A DNA stretch of 64,000 bases. Origin: an uncultured delta proteobacterium. GTDB taxonomy: Bacteria > Desulfobacterota > WTBG01 > CAIYCZ01 > CAIRTM01. The DNA lies in contig CAWDSQ010000026.1 of NCBI GenBank assembly GCA_963804955.1, positions 32,001 to 96,000 on the forward strand, read 5' to 3'. A program made the translations under genes and the position numbers. The notes below the pieces were generated by a model. It saw only the letters and a program-made list of their open reading frames with translations. It had not been told where the DNA came from and ran no database searches. Shown in pieces: positions 42,672 through 53,011 of this stretch (positions are counted from its first letter, which is position 1; each line of letters begins with the position of its first letter).

Positions 42672-42929
42672 ATGCAGTATGAAAATATTGACGTTTCCAC
42701 ACATTCCGGTTTCAAAGCCGACGAACGCCCCGTGTCATTCATCTGGCGGGGGCGGGAGTACCGGATACATGAGATCATCGACCGGTGGTATGAGGGGGGC
42801 ATAAAGCCTGGCGATAACAGCCTCAGCTATTTCAAAGTTCGTGCCGATGACGGCAGCGATTACCTCCTGCGCTACAACTGTCTTTTTGATGGATGGACTA
42901 TTATCGTACCGCCACAGCCCGCCGCGTAA
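42672..42929 (+). CDS. Small hypothetical protein, DUF6504-like
   Basis: SG.K.DERP.SF.W.G....I.EI.DRWY...YFKV..DDG..Y.LRY. Confidence 0.7.
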   Translation: MQYENIDVSTHSGFKADERPVSFIWRGREYRIHEIIDRWYEGGIKPGDNSLSYFKVRADDGSDYLLRYNCLFDGWTIIVPPQPAA

Positions 42930-42980
42930 GACAGCAGGCTGTATGCATATATTCATATCAAAAAAACAAAGCTGTACTCT

Positions 42981-43785
42981 ATGAATTGTTGCAAGAAAAA
43001 AACCGGAAGTTTACTGCTCTTTGCCCTTCTGGCAGTCTTCGGATACAGCATTAATCTTCCGCGGGCTTATGCTGAGCGGTCGTCAGCACCATCTGCCGCC
43101 GACATGTTTGCCGGTGAGACGCTGTATTATACCATCGACTTCTGGCTGCTGCGCGGGTCTGCGACAGGGGAGCTGTGCTTCACCAAAACCCCCAATGGCT
43201 ACCGGGCGCTGTTTGAGGCTGAAACCAGAGGTGTTCTGCGGCTTGTTGCCGGCCATCGGAAGGAAATCATGGAAAGCGTTATGGAATATGACCAGGCAGG
43301 AAAAAGGCTGCGGCCGCGGCTTTTCAGAGAAACGTTTTTACAGAATACAATGGAGTATAAAAGGGAGATCACGTTCGACTATAAGAAGGGCTCATTTACC
43401 TGCATCCGCACCTACCCCCGGGGCAAACCGCGCGTGACGCAGGGTGTGCTGCCGATACAGCGATTTCGAAGATCTGCTCACATTATTTTACAATGTCCGC
43501 ATGGGCTGCTACGGGACCCTGCGCGAAGGCGTCATGCTCAAAGTGCCGGTCATCATGAAGGAGCAGCCATCATTCATCACCCTTGATTTCCCGGCCCCGG
43601 GGACAAGGGACCGCAGGCGGGGCTTTAATGCAACCCTCAGCATGGACCGCAACCTCACGCATGCCCGCAGCAAAAACGTGCTTGTTCTCCTCGGGGACGA
43701 TGCAGTCGTAGAATCCGCCCTGGTCATTAACGCCTATTTTTTTGGCGATCTCGGCGTCAGGCTTACCGGCAGAACCTACCACTAA
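42981..43785 (+). CDS. Secreted DUF3108-like protein (frameshift near 43455)
   Basis: Signal peptide, GETLYY.I.F beta-rich N-terminus, DLL..FY..R motif in the second frame. Confidence 0.6.
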
Positions 43786-43879
43786 TGGTCTATGCTATTC
43801 AAAATTATCAATTAGAAGACCTCCCCTTCATCCCCTCCCATCAAGGGAGAAAAAAATATAAGCCGATCTCTCCAACTTG

Positions 43880-44016
43880 GAGACTGTGTCAAAATAAAAT
43901 AAATGCCCATTGCGAGGAGCCCTTCGGCACAGCTCAGGATAGACTCCGTGACGCGGCAATCTGGATTTTCGTAGGGGCTCAAAATTGTAGAGCTCCTTAC
44001 TTCTTTCGCAATGACA
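43880..44016. repeat. GAGACTGTGTC terminus plus composite REP core (copy of 35908-36039)
   Basis: AGGAGCCCTTCGGCACAGCTCAGGATAGACTCCGTGACGCGGCAATCTGGATTTTCGTAGGGGCTCAAAATT is identical in both copies. Confidence 0.8.
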
Positions 44017-44099
44017 GTTTTGCGCAGGATGGGTTGAGGAACGAAACCCACCTGCTCCTTTTAGATTTACCGCAACAAAAAAAGCTTTTCGTTCAGGCA

Positions 44100-44660
44100 T
44101 TATTTAATGATTTTTGCAATCTCCCGGAACCGGGGCTCGGCAGCTGATCGCAGGAGTTCAAAAAGGGCCGTTTCAACGGAGGTAATCTGCACGCCCATGC
44201 TTCGCATGCGCTCAATGCCGACAGCATTGTTTTCCGGTGTGCGCGAGCAGACACAATCTGCCGCCACCTGCACGCGGAAGCCCAGGCCCAGAAGCTCCAT
44301 GGCCGTCTGCAGCACACAGATATGGGATTCAATGCCGATGAGCAGCACATCCGTGCGCCTGCGGGACTTCAGGGCTTGAATAAAATCCTCAGAGCCGCAG
44401 CAGCTGAAACTCATTTTGCTGACAGGGCGTGTCCCTGCCGGCATAACCGCTGCTATTTCAGGCAGCGTGCCCCCAAGCCGATCAGGGTTCTGCTCAGTCC
44501 AGAGTATCGGCACGTTCAAGACAGTGAAACCCGAAATCAGTTTACAGCTGCTTGCGACAAGCCGCTCGCGGTCAAACATCGCTTTTGCAAGATTCTCCTG
44601 CATGTCAATGCACACCAGGATGGTATTCTGTTGCTCAAGCATTATCATCTCCTTCTTCAC
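44100..44660 (-). CDS. Isochorismatase-family hydrolase
   Basis: IDMQE, TEQNP..LG.T, KMSFSC, GIESHICVLQT, E.ALFEL. Confidence 0.92.
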   Translation of the reverse strand: MKKEMIMLEQQNTILVCIDMQENLAKAMFDRERLVASSCKLISGFTVLNVPILWTEQNPDRLGGTLPEIAAVMPAGTRPVSKMSFSCCGSEDFIQALKSRRRTDVLLIGIESHICVLQTAMELLGLGFRVQVAADCVCSRTPENNAVGIERMRSMGVQITSVETALFELLRSAAEPRFREIAKIIK

Positions 44661-44711
44661 AAATCAGCATCTAACCACATCTCAAAGCTTGAGTTTTTCA
44701 TGATGCAGCAA

Positions 44712-44885
44712 TGAGAGTTTTTTCTTGATACAGTATAGTCTGCTTTTTTCTGTCATCTCGACCGCAGGGAGAGATCTTCGGCTTAAGTACCATTCAAGTG
44801 TTACGATTTCTCCCCGAGCATGCCCTGAGCGAAGTCGAAGGGGTCGAAATGACAATGCGGCTCCACCCTTTACAAAAAAGCTCTA
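44712..44885. mobile_element. MITE/REP composite (copy of 20946-21124)
   Basis: Shared REP doublet and GCTCTA terminus. Confidence 0.7.
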
Positions 44886-45344
44886 ATCCACCCAGTCAAC
44901 AATATGCTCTTCCCAATCATCCGCATCAACGTGGTCTTCACTCACCACCCTGCCGCGAATAGATATGCCTGCAGCATGAATCGTCTCGGGGCTGCCCGAC
45001 ACCAGAGGGTGCCACCACGGCAGCTGCTGCCCTTCAAACAACAGCCTGTAGGCGCAGGTGGCTGGCATGAAATGGACTGCCGCGAGATTCTGCGCAGTCA
45101 ATTTTACGCATGTCGGCACCAGCGTTGTGCGCTCACCATAGCAGGTACAGGAGCAGTGCTCCTCATCATAGTAGCGGCAGACAAGGTGCGTATAGCACAG
45201 CTCGCCGGTATCCTCAAACTCCAGCTTGATAAGGCAGCACTTGGCGCACCTGTCGCACAGCGACTCCCACTGCTCATGCGAGAGATCCTTAAGGTTCTTT
45301 GTTTCCCAGAACGGCTGATTGTTTTTTTGTTTGCCGGGACTCAT
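44883..45344 (-). CDS. YcgN-family cysteine cluster protein
   Basis: FWE.K.L.....EQWESLCD.C.KCC..K, P.TCAYR, WWHPL.SG. Confidence 0.92.
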   Translation of the reverse strand: MSPGKQKNNQPFWETKNLKDLSHEQWESLCDRCAKCCLIKLEFEDTGELCYTHLVCRYYDEEHCSCTCYGERTTLVPTCVKLTAQNLAAVHFMPATCAYRLLFEGQQLPWWHPLVSGSPETIHAAGISIRGRVVSEDHVDADDWEEHIVDWVD

Positions 45345-45627
45345 TCTCCATCCAACTAAAACTGCCTGCAGACAAAAGATTTATTAAACAAATATAGCCC
45401 ATTGTTATTTCGACTTGACAATCCCGGCTTTTCGTAGGGGCTCAAAATTTTGAGCCCCTACTCGGAAATAAAGATCTCTCCCGGACCTGCCTGGCGAGAA
45501 GGTCGAGATGACAAAAAAGATAAAACTTCTATCGTTACAAAAAATATTTTAGGTAACATTTTATAGACCCTGCACGGATTATTCAAGAATTGATTTGACA
45601 AGAGCCTGAAAAAAATGCTGTGATTCT

Positions 45628-45981
45628 ATGAACAATAAGGGGAGTACAGCCGTGAACGAAAACAATAGTGAAACACCGCGCGGTATCATCAAAGATGAAA
45701 TTGGAATCATTGCCTGGAAGGCCCTCGCCCGTTTTTTTGCCAGCGGTACTGCGATTGCCGTAGACGCAGAGCTTAATCTGGCGGATGTTGCCTCACAATT
45801 CTCCCAAAACAGCAGTGGCATCGTGGAGCAGTGGCTGCGCCACGGAAAAGTTGGCAAGGTTTCAGATGAGCAGGCAAAAATATGGTTTGAAACCGATGCC
45901 ACGGTAGCGGCAGTTGTCGTCAGCCCGTGGGTGCTGGTGCAGGAAGTGAACATAGAAACAGAGCAGGAAGACAGACAATAA
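45628..45981 (+). CDS. DUF2288-family protein
   Basis: I.W..L...FA.G, AVVVSPWVLVQ. Confidence 0.85.
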   Translation: MNNKGSTAVNENNSETPRGIIKDEIGIIAWKALARFFASGTAIAVDAELNLADVASQFSQNSSGIVEQWLRHGKVGKVSDEQAKIWFETDATVAAVVVSPWVLVQEVNIETEQEDRQ

Positions 45982-46053
45982 ACTTTTCGTTTGCCCTGCC
46001 TGCAGGCTATCAGTCTACAGCCATAGTGGCAATTTGCATCCGCCCGGCGCAGG

Positions 46054-48210
46054 CTACTTCTCCCTGTGCCGTATCTTCCAGCACTGGTGAATGCGCTTGT
46101 TGCGCACAAAATCGGGCGGTATGGTCTGCGCGCTTATATCTTCAAGCCGATACCATGCCAGCATGCGCTCATCGAGCATGAATTTTCGAAAATTTGTCGA
46201 AAAAACAAGCGTGCCGCCCGGCGCCAGGCGCCGCGTCGCGCGGGTTATCAACTCCACATGGTCGCGCTGCACATCAAAGACCGTGCTCGTGCGCTTTGAA
46301 TTGGAAAAAGTCGGCGGGTCGGCGAATATCAGATCGAACTGCCGCTTCTCACCTTCCAGCCATTTCATGCAGTCGGCCTGCACCAGCTCGTTGAACTCTT
46401 CGCTGACGCCGTTGAGAACCAGATTGCACCGCGCCCATTCAAGATACACAGCGGAAAGGTCGACCGTGGTTGTTGAGCGCGCCCCGCCAAGGGCGGCAAA
46501 AACACTCGCCGATCCGGTATAGCCGAAAAGATTTAAAAAATGCCTGTCCGCCGCCATCTCGCGCAGCATGCGCCGCGTGCCGCGGTGGTCAAGGAAAAGG
46601 CCCGTGTCGAGGTAATCGGTGAGATTAACCAGCAGCCTGCAGCCGCTCTCGCGCACTTCATGCAGCCTGCCCTGCTCCCCGCGCTTCTCATACTGCCCGC
46701 CGTCTTTCTGCTGCTTGCGGACTTTTATGAACACCTGTGACCTGCGCACGCCCAGAACCGCTTCAACAGCCCTCAAGCCGGTTAAAAAGCGCTGCGAAGC
46801 TTTTGCCGGTTCAATATCTTTGGGCGGCGCGTATTCCTGCACATGTACATTTTTTTCGTATACATCGATTGCCATATTGTATTCGGGCATGTCAGCATCA
46901 TAGACGCGGAAACAGGAAACGCCCTCCTTCCGCGCCCAGGGCAGGAGTTTGGCGAGATTTTTTTTCAGCCTGTTGGCAAACTGCTGCGCCTCGATATCGG
47001 GCGTTTCCTGCCGCACATCAAGTGCCGGCCCCGGTTCCTCAACCGACGCTTCAGGCACATCATACATATACAGGTTGCAGGGTATGGGGCCGTTAAAAAG
47101 CTTGTGCTTTCCGTTGGGCTTCATACCCAGGGCATCGGCAAGCTCGACCGTATTGGTGAACACTGCAGCCTGCCAGCCTGCGCACTGCTGCTTCAGGCTG
47201 CGCCCCAGGCACCGGTAGAGATAGCGCACGCTGCTGAACGTGCCCAGCCGCTCGCCATAGGGCGGATTGGTGACAATAAAGCCCTGCTGCGCCGCTGGCG
47301 CCTGAAATGACCCGAGCTCATGGCGCTCCACATGCACATGCCCCCGGAGCCCTGCCCGCTCGATATTTTCCAGCGCGCCGGTGATGGCAGTGCGGTCTGC
47401 ATCAAAGCCGATGATTCTGGGCCAGTGCCGCTCAAGCCCCGCTTTGGAGCGCTCGCGGGCTTCTGTCAGCTCCTGCTGCCAGAGCGAGGCGCTGTGCCCG
47501 CGCCAGCCCAAAAACCCGAAATACCGGTGCAGGAGCCCCGGGGCAATGTCGCCATAGATGAGGGCCGCTTCGATGAGCAGCGTGCCGGAGCCGCAGAGCG
47601 GATCAAAAAAAACCGCATCTTTGGGCGTCTGCGCTGTCCAGCCGGCAAGCTGCACAATGGCTGCGGCAAGCGTTTCCTTGAGGGGGGCATCGCCGCCATG
47701 GCTGCGGTAGCCGCGCATATGCAAACTTGCCCCGGACAGATCGAGGCGCAGGGCAGCCTCTGTCCCTTTCAAAAAAACCTGCAGCTGGATATCCGGGTGG
47801 ACGGTGCTGACCGAAGGCCGCTTTCTGTCGCGGTCGCGAAAATGATCAACCAGGGCGTCTTTCACCCTCAGGGCTGCAAAACCGGTATGCCCTATGGGAG
47901 ACTCAACAGCTGTGCAGGAAACGGCAAAGGTGTTGATGCTTTCAAGATGCTCATGCCAGGCAATGGTGCGGGCCCCTGCATACAGGGCATCGGGGTCAGG
48001 CGCCTCGAAGGTCGTAAGCGTCAGGAGTATCCGGTTTGCCAGCCGCGACCACAGGCAGGCGCGATATGCCGTGCGCATGGTTCCGGAAAACGCGACCGCT
48101 CCCTGTTCTAACGATGAGATATCGGCGCCAAGGTCCATAAGTTCTTTTTCGAGAAGGCCTTCCAGACCGGAAGCGCATGTTGCAACAAATTGTTTCTTTC
48201 CACGAATCAT
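46054..48210 (-). CDS. rlmKL: Bifunctional 23S rRNA methyltransferase RlmKL
   Basis: THUMP, LH.RGYR, APLKETLAA, DPLCGSGT, TNPPYGER; second MTase RVYDADMPEY, DYLDTGLFLDHR, DPPTFSNSKR. Confidence 0.95.
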   Translation of the reverse strand: MIRGKKQFVATCASGLEGLLEKELMDLGADISSLEQGAVAFSGTMRTAYRACLWSRLANRILLTLTTFEAPDPDALYAGARTIAWHEHLESINTFAVSCTAVESPIGHTGFAALRVKDALVDHFRDRDRKRPSVSTVHPDIQLQVFLKGTEAALRLDLSGASLHMRGYRSHGGDAPLKETLAAAIVQLAGWTAQTPKDAVFFDPLCGSGTLLIEAALIYGDIAPGLLHRYFGFLGWRGHSASLWQQELTEARERSKAGLERHWPRIIGFDADRTAITGALENIERAGLRGHVHVERHELGSFQAPAAQQGFIVTNPPYGERLGTFSSVRYLYRCLGRSLKQQCAGWQAAVFTNTVELADALGMKPNGKHKLFNGPIPCNLYMYDVPEASVEEPGPALDVRQETPDIEAQQFANRLKKNLAKLLPWARKEGVSCFRVYDADMPEYNMAIDVYEKNVHVQEYAPPKDIEPAKASQRFLTGLRAVEAVLGVRRSQVFIKVRKQQKDGGQYEKRGEQGRLHEVRESGCRLLVNLTDYLDTGLFLDHRGTRRMLREMAADRHFLNLFGYTGSASVFAALGGARSTTTVDLSAVYLEWARCNLVLNGVSEEFNELVQADCMKWLEGEKRQFDLIFADPPTFSNSKRTSTVFDVQRDHVELITRATRRLAPGGTLVFSTNFRKFMLDERMLAWYRLEDISAQTIPPDFVRNKRIHQCWKIRHREK

Positions 48211-48230
48211 GCTGTATCCTTTTTTAGATA

Positions 48231-48358
48231 AGAAGTCAGAAGCCAGGAGTCAGAATTCAGAATAAAAGATGATTTGGCTTCAAGGGGTCTTTTTTTTATG
48301 CTGACTTGTGATTTCCGTATTTTAACTTCTGGATTCCGGCTACTGGATTCTGACTTCT
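48231..48358. repeat. Inverted heptamer arrays in the xth-rlmKL spacer
   Basis: AGAAGTCAGAAGCCAGGAGTCAGAATTCAGAAT ... TTCTGGATTCCGGCTACTGGATTCTGACTTCT. Confidence 0.8.
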
Positions 48359-48363
48359 ATCTT

Positions 48364-49137
48364 TTATATTTTCAGAATCAGCTCTACGGGGCAGTGGTCC
48401 GAACCCGGGACTTCGGGCATGATGGCAGCCGACTGCACGCTGCCGCGCAGGCTTTCGCTCACAAAAAAATAGTCGAGGCGCCAACCCACATTGCGCTCCC
48501 GCGCGCGGGTCTTCATATCCCACCAGGTATACTGGCCGGCCTCGGTGCAGAACAGCCTGAAAGTGTCGATATAGCCCGCTGCCAGCAGCCTGTCTATCCA
48601 GGCGCGCTCCTCGGGAAGAAAGCCTGTCACCTTCTGATTCTCTTTTGGCCGGGCCAGGTCAATTTCGTTGTGAGCGGTATTGACATCGCCGCAGATGACG
48701 ATATGCCTGCCTTTTTTCCGCAGCGCCTCAATGCAGTCAAGAAAAGCATCGTAGAAATCCATTTTAAACTGCAGGCGCTCAGGCGACATGCCGCCATTGG
48801 GGAAATACACATTAAACAGGACGAAGCTGCCGAAATCAACAGCCAGCGTGCGGCCCTCCGTGTCGAAGCGCTCGACGCCAAGGCCGCGGCGAATCTCCTG
48901 CGGCTTCATACGGCTGTACAGAGCCACGCCGCTGTAGCCTTTGCGCTCGGCACTGTCAAAATAAGCCGAATAGCCCGGCACGGTGCGCAGCTCAAAAGGC
49001 AGCTGCTCTTCAGATGCCTTGGTTTCCTGCAGGCACAGTATATCGGGCTTTTCCTGCATAAACCACTCAAGAAACCCTTTTTTATGCGCGGCCCGCAGGC
49101 CGTTGACATTCCATGAAAACATGCGCACTGTTGCCAT
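48364..49137 (-). CDS. xth: Exodeoxyribonuclease III
   Basis: [45 protein letters not shown]. Confidence 0.96.
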   Translation of the reverse strand: MATVRMFSWNVNGLRAAHKKGFLEWFMQEKPDILCLQETKASEEQLPFELRTVPGYSAYFDSAERKGYSGVALYSRMKPQEIRRGLGVERFDTEGRTLAVDFGSFVLFNVYFPNGGMSPERLQFKMDFYDAFLDCIEALRKKGRHIVICGDVNTAHNEIDLARPKENQKVTGFLPEERAWIDRLLAAGYIDTFRLFCTEAGQYTWWDMKTRARERNVGWRLDYFFVSESLRGSVQSAAIMPEVPGSDHCPVELILKI

Positions 49138-49139
49138 AA

Positions 49140-50883
49140 TCAGCGTCCCTTCAGCTTTATACGTTGCTCCGCTGTCCGCCTCAGCTCACCCTTCATTCGC
49201 GCGTACTCGATAAACACCTCTGCATCCCCGTATCCCGTATCCTGCACCTGCCGTGCAAGCCCGGGAAACAGCCCATAGCCGTCAGCGCCGCCGGCAAGAT
49301 ACTTATTGGTTACAATACGGCAGTTTGCTGCGTCCGCAAGCGTGCGCCATCTGCCCCTGCTGTCCTGCAGTTCAACCCGCATCAGCCTTTTGCCCGCCGG
49401 CCGCGCCCTGTCGGCCGTGTAGCGCAGCCCCGCCACATAGGGAAAAGCGCCGTCATTCTCCGGCGAGGAAAGAGCCCTGTCGATGCCTGCGTTCAGCAGC
49501 TTTTTTAAATTCCTGCCGCTTACCCGGCACACCACAAGCCTGTCGCCGAAGGGCAGCACATCGGCCAGCTGCCCCACGGATACATCGCCTTTGGCAATAG
49601 ATCCCCGCACCGCTCCGGCATTGACAAGGGCTGCATCAGCCCCCAAACCCAGTGCCCGAACTTTCCAGAGCATGGCATCTGCCACAAGCGGCGCTATCTG
49701 GCTGCCACCGGCAAGTTCACCGCCCGCCTGAGGCAGGCGCACATGCACCAGATCCTCCGTCGCTTGTGCAGCCTTCTGCGTGTAAAACACCGCCACCGCC
49801 TGCGCGTATGGCTCAAGCATCTTGCGAGACTCGGCATCTTCTTCGATCGATACAATGCCGGGGCTGCGCGCAAGCTTTGCCTGTATCTTCTTCTCCATCT
49901 CCGGGCCGACCGGGCTCCGCCTGCCAGTGCCGTTCTCCTGCGTGAACACGGTGCCTACCGGCATGAGGGGCTCGCCTTCCCATGAGGTGACGCGTCCCTG
50001 GCGGTCAAAGGAGACTGTCAGAGCACCGACAACTTTGGCCCATTCCCAGGCCTGAACGACAAGAACAGTGGCATTGTCGGCATTTTTGCACACCGTCGGG
50101 TATGGGCCCTCGCCGGCAAAGCCCAGGGCTCTGAAATCGCCCAGCAGCGTATGGCTATGGCCGCCTGCAATCACGTCAATTTCCGGGAGCCTCGCTGCAA
50201 GCGCCATATCCCTGCTGTAGCCCAGATGCGACAGTACGATAATGACATGCACATTCTGCGCGACAAGCGCGTCTATGGCCTTTCTGGCAGCCTGCTCGGG
50301 CTCCTGGAATGCAACAGACGGGCCGGAATGCGAAAAGGCCGACGTATCGGGCGTGGTGAGGCCGATGATGCCCACCTTCTTGCCGCCCACATTCTTTATG
50401 CTATACGGCTGTATCAGGCTGAGCAGCAGCCGGCTCTTTCGAAACGTCGATATTTGCCGACACGATGGCAAAGTCAGCCTGATCGGCAAAAGCGGCAAGA
50501 GCCTGCGGACCCCGGTCAAACTCATGGTTGCCGGGAGTCATGGCATCAAGGCCCATCCGGTTAAAAAAGTTGCAATCAGCCCGCCCGCCGAAACGCTTAA
50601 AATACAGCGTACCCTGAAACACATCACCTGCATGAACGAAAAGCAGATTATCATGATCGTCGCGAAGTTTCCGCACGCATGCCGCAAGGCGCGGAAACCC
50701 GCCGGCTTCGGTGCGGATGGTGGCATTGTCCAGGTCAAATTTCAGCGGCACAGGATCAAGATGGCCATGCGTGTCATTGACATGGGCAAGCGTGAGCGTA
50801 TGACCGCCCCGCAGGCCCGAGCAGCCGGTACAGGCAACCAGGCACAGGGCGGCAAGCAATAAAGGCTTGAAATGCTTTTTCAT
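49140..50883 (-). CDS. 5'-nucleotidase / NAD nucleotidase lipoprotein (frameshift near 50425)
   Basis: Lipobox; HVNDTHG, AGDVFQG, GNHEFD, LSHLG, GGHSH; C-terminal [19 protein letters not shown]. Confidence 0.92.
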
Positions 50884-51176
50884 GGGTTTTTCCATTACGG
50901 GAAGTATATGCAAAGCGCCGCTCATTGTCCAGCTTCAAAGGCAGCAAGGGGGAATATAGGCATTAAACAAACATATTTGGAGGTATAAAATTGAATGTAC
51001 GCATGCAGTTATGGAAACAGCGCCTTGCTTCATTTCAACAACAAATAGCTCAAAAAAAATCCGGGCCTGCTACCCTGGTAATGGCATTCGGAAGATACGG
51101 CCTGTAATAAGCGCTTTAAAAAAAGGCCTGACCGCAACAGAGTGCAATCAGGCCTTTTCTGTGAATTGCAGGTTGT

Positions 51177-52673
51177 TTATTGCCCCAGTATAGTAAGGGG
51201 TGTTGCAAAACTATAAGGAACTCCTTTTGCTGTATCTTTAAACATGAGCTCAATATAATACGCTGTATAGCCTGTTTCCGGCGGATCAACAATACCCGGG
51301 TATGAGCCTGCGGCGTCTTTTTCAATATCAATCGAAGTCCAGGTTTCATTATCCGTTGTCTGCCTGAAATCCCGGTTAACCGGATTTGTGGCCCTCCACA
51401 GTTTTACTGCTTCGGGTTTTTGCTGTCCCGGCGTTACGGTAAATGCCCCCTCCTCCAAACCGGTCCAGGTAAAATCAGGCAGGGGCTGGCTGTTAATGAT
51501 GTGCCGGTAAAAAGCCGCAATGCTGTTCTGAACATCAGGCAGTTCCCTGATGTCATGACCGGTATTGGGAACATAAGAGATCCGGGTATCTTCCGACATA
51601 TTATCGAAATAGAGATTCACCGCGTCAGAGCAGGAGTACGGGTCACCGGTGCCGACCAGTATCAGGCCCGGGATAGTGAGGCGAGCTCGATATGCATATG
51701 CGTCCAAATCGGCCATCAGCTGCAGGCCAATTTCTGTTTTATACCGGGTATACAGGTCAAACTCCATATTGGGATCCTGCTCCTCGCTGCGGGCAGGCCA
51801 GGATGCATCCTGCAGGGCAATCTGCTCCCCTATATTCAGCAGATCATAGCTGACCGGCGCAACACCCGCAACACGATCATCCAGCGCGGCGGCGAGCCAG
51901 ACGATATGACCGCGTTTGGAATGCCCGGTCAGGACAAACTCTTTGGCTACCTGGCGCCCCGAATACAGTTCCCCCAAAAATTCCTGAATAACATCCATGC
52001 CGCGGACAACCGCTTTTGTCATGGGCGCCATAATCGCCCAGCTAAAATCTCCTGTGCTTAATGCAAGATCAAAGGAGCGGGCCTGCAGCGAATCTTCAGT
52101 GCGAGGCACTGTGCACTCGTCTATGTATTCGTCCTGGTTTATATCTTCAAGAATAGAACAATACGTTGACGTGTCAGTTTCATCATTAAAAGCAATCGGG
52201 CCGATAGGAATGCCATGCAGTTCCGCAACAATTGAACGGGACTTGAGCGCCGGCAGCGCTTCCTCGAATGTCGCCCCGGAGGGCGTGTCTTTATGCTCGT
52301 TATCACCCTTCAGCAGGTACAACAGGGCTTTGTCGGATTTGACCAGAGAAAAAAACGGGATTTTCTGCGTGTATTGGCCAAACAGGCGCGGCTCCACTAT
52401 CCTGAGCCAGTGCTTCCACTTGCCGTCATCCTCAATCTCATCGGAATGCCATGCCCACTCGCCGGGATGCCATTTCTGGGAGGTGATTTCAAAAATATAG
52501 GTCGTGTACAGAAACGTGTAGGCTGTTTTAACAAGCTTATACTCGAATGCATCATCCGGCGCGTTTACATATTCTTCCAGGGTCATTCCTTGAGCAAAAC
52601 AGTTTTTTGCCAGGGCCAGGATAAGGATGACAAAAATAACGATGCTTTTTTTTACATGCTTGTGTTCTGACAT
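51177..52673 (-). CDS. PqaA-family (PhoPQ-activated) secreted alpha/beta hydrolase-like protein
   Basis: Signal peptide; L..YV..PD..F.Y, ITSQ.W, W.HW, PMTKA.VR.MD, G.SKRG, P.TGH, RDFR. Confidence 0.85.
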   Translation of the reverse strand: MSEHKHVKKSIVIFVILILALAKNCFAQGMTLEEYVNAPDDAFEYKLVKTAYTFLYTTYIFEITSQKWHPGEWAWHSDEIEDDGKWKHWLRIVEPRLFGQYTQKIPFFSLVKSDKALLYLLKGDNEHKDTPSGATFEEALPALKSRSIVAELHGIPIGPIAFNDETDTSTYCSILEDINQDEYIDECTVPRTEDSLQARSFDLALSTGDFSWAIMAPMTKAVVRGMDVIQEFLGELYSGRQVAKEFVLTGHSKRGHIVWLAAALDDRVAGVAPVSYDLLNIGEQIALQDASWPARSEEQDPNMEFDLYTRYKTEIGLQLMADLDAYAYRARLTIPGLILVGTGDPYSCSDAVNLYFDNMSEDTRISYVPNTGHDIRELPDVQNSIAAFYRHIINSQPLPDFTWTGLEEGAFTVTPGQQKPEAVKLWRATNPVNRDFRQTTDNETWTSIDIEKDAAGSYPGIVDPPETGYTAYYIELMFKDTAKGVPYSFATPLTILGQ

Positions 52674-52931
52674 ATAAACCCCCTGATTTTTTAAGTTATC
52701 CGTTCCGCAGGCATAAATCTGTACGATTAACTGTTCTATCTAAAAAATAGAACTAAATGCCGCTTTTTGCAAGCAGCTGAGTTTGCCCCAATGCTACATG
52801 ACAGCTCTATACCGGAACAAATAACAAACACGCCAATTACTGCTTATCAGACATGGCATCCACAACATCAAGTCGCTTTCGTGGAAAGAGGGCTGACAGT
52901 TCTGTACTCTTTGCAAAAAAAGGCTGCAATA

Positions 52932-52967
52932 ATACAGGGCCCGGCGAAAAAACACCGGGCCCTGTAT
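52932..52967. terminator. Hairpin downstream of the DUF1566 gene
   Basis: ATACAGGGCCCGG...CCGGGCCCTGTAT. Confidence 0.65.
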
Positions 52968-53011
52968 ACTGTTAACAATCAAACAACGATAAGTCCGGAA
53001 GGATCCCCAGC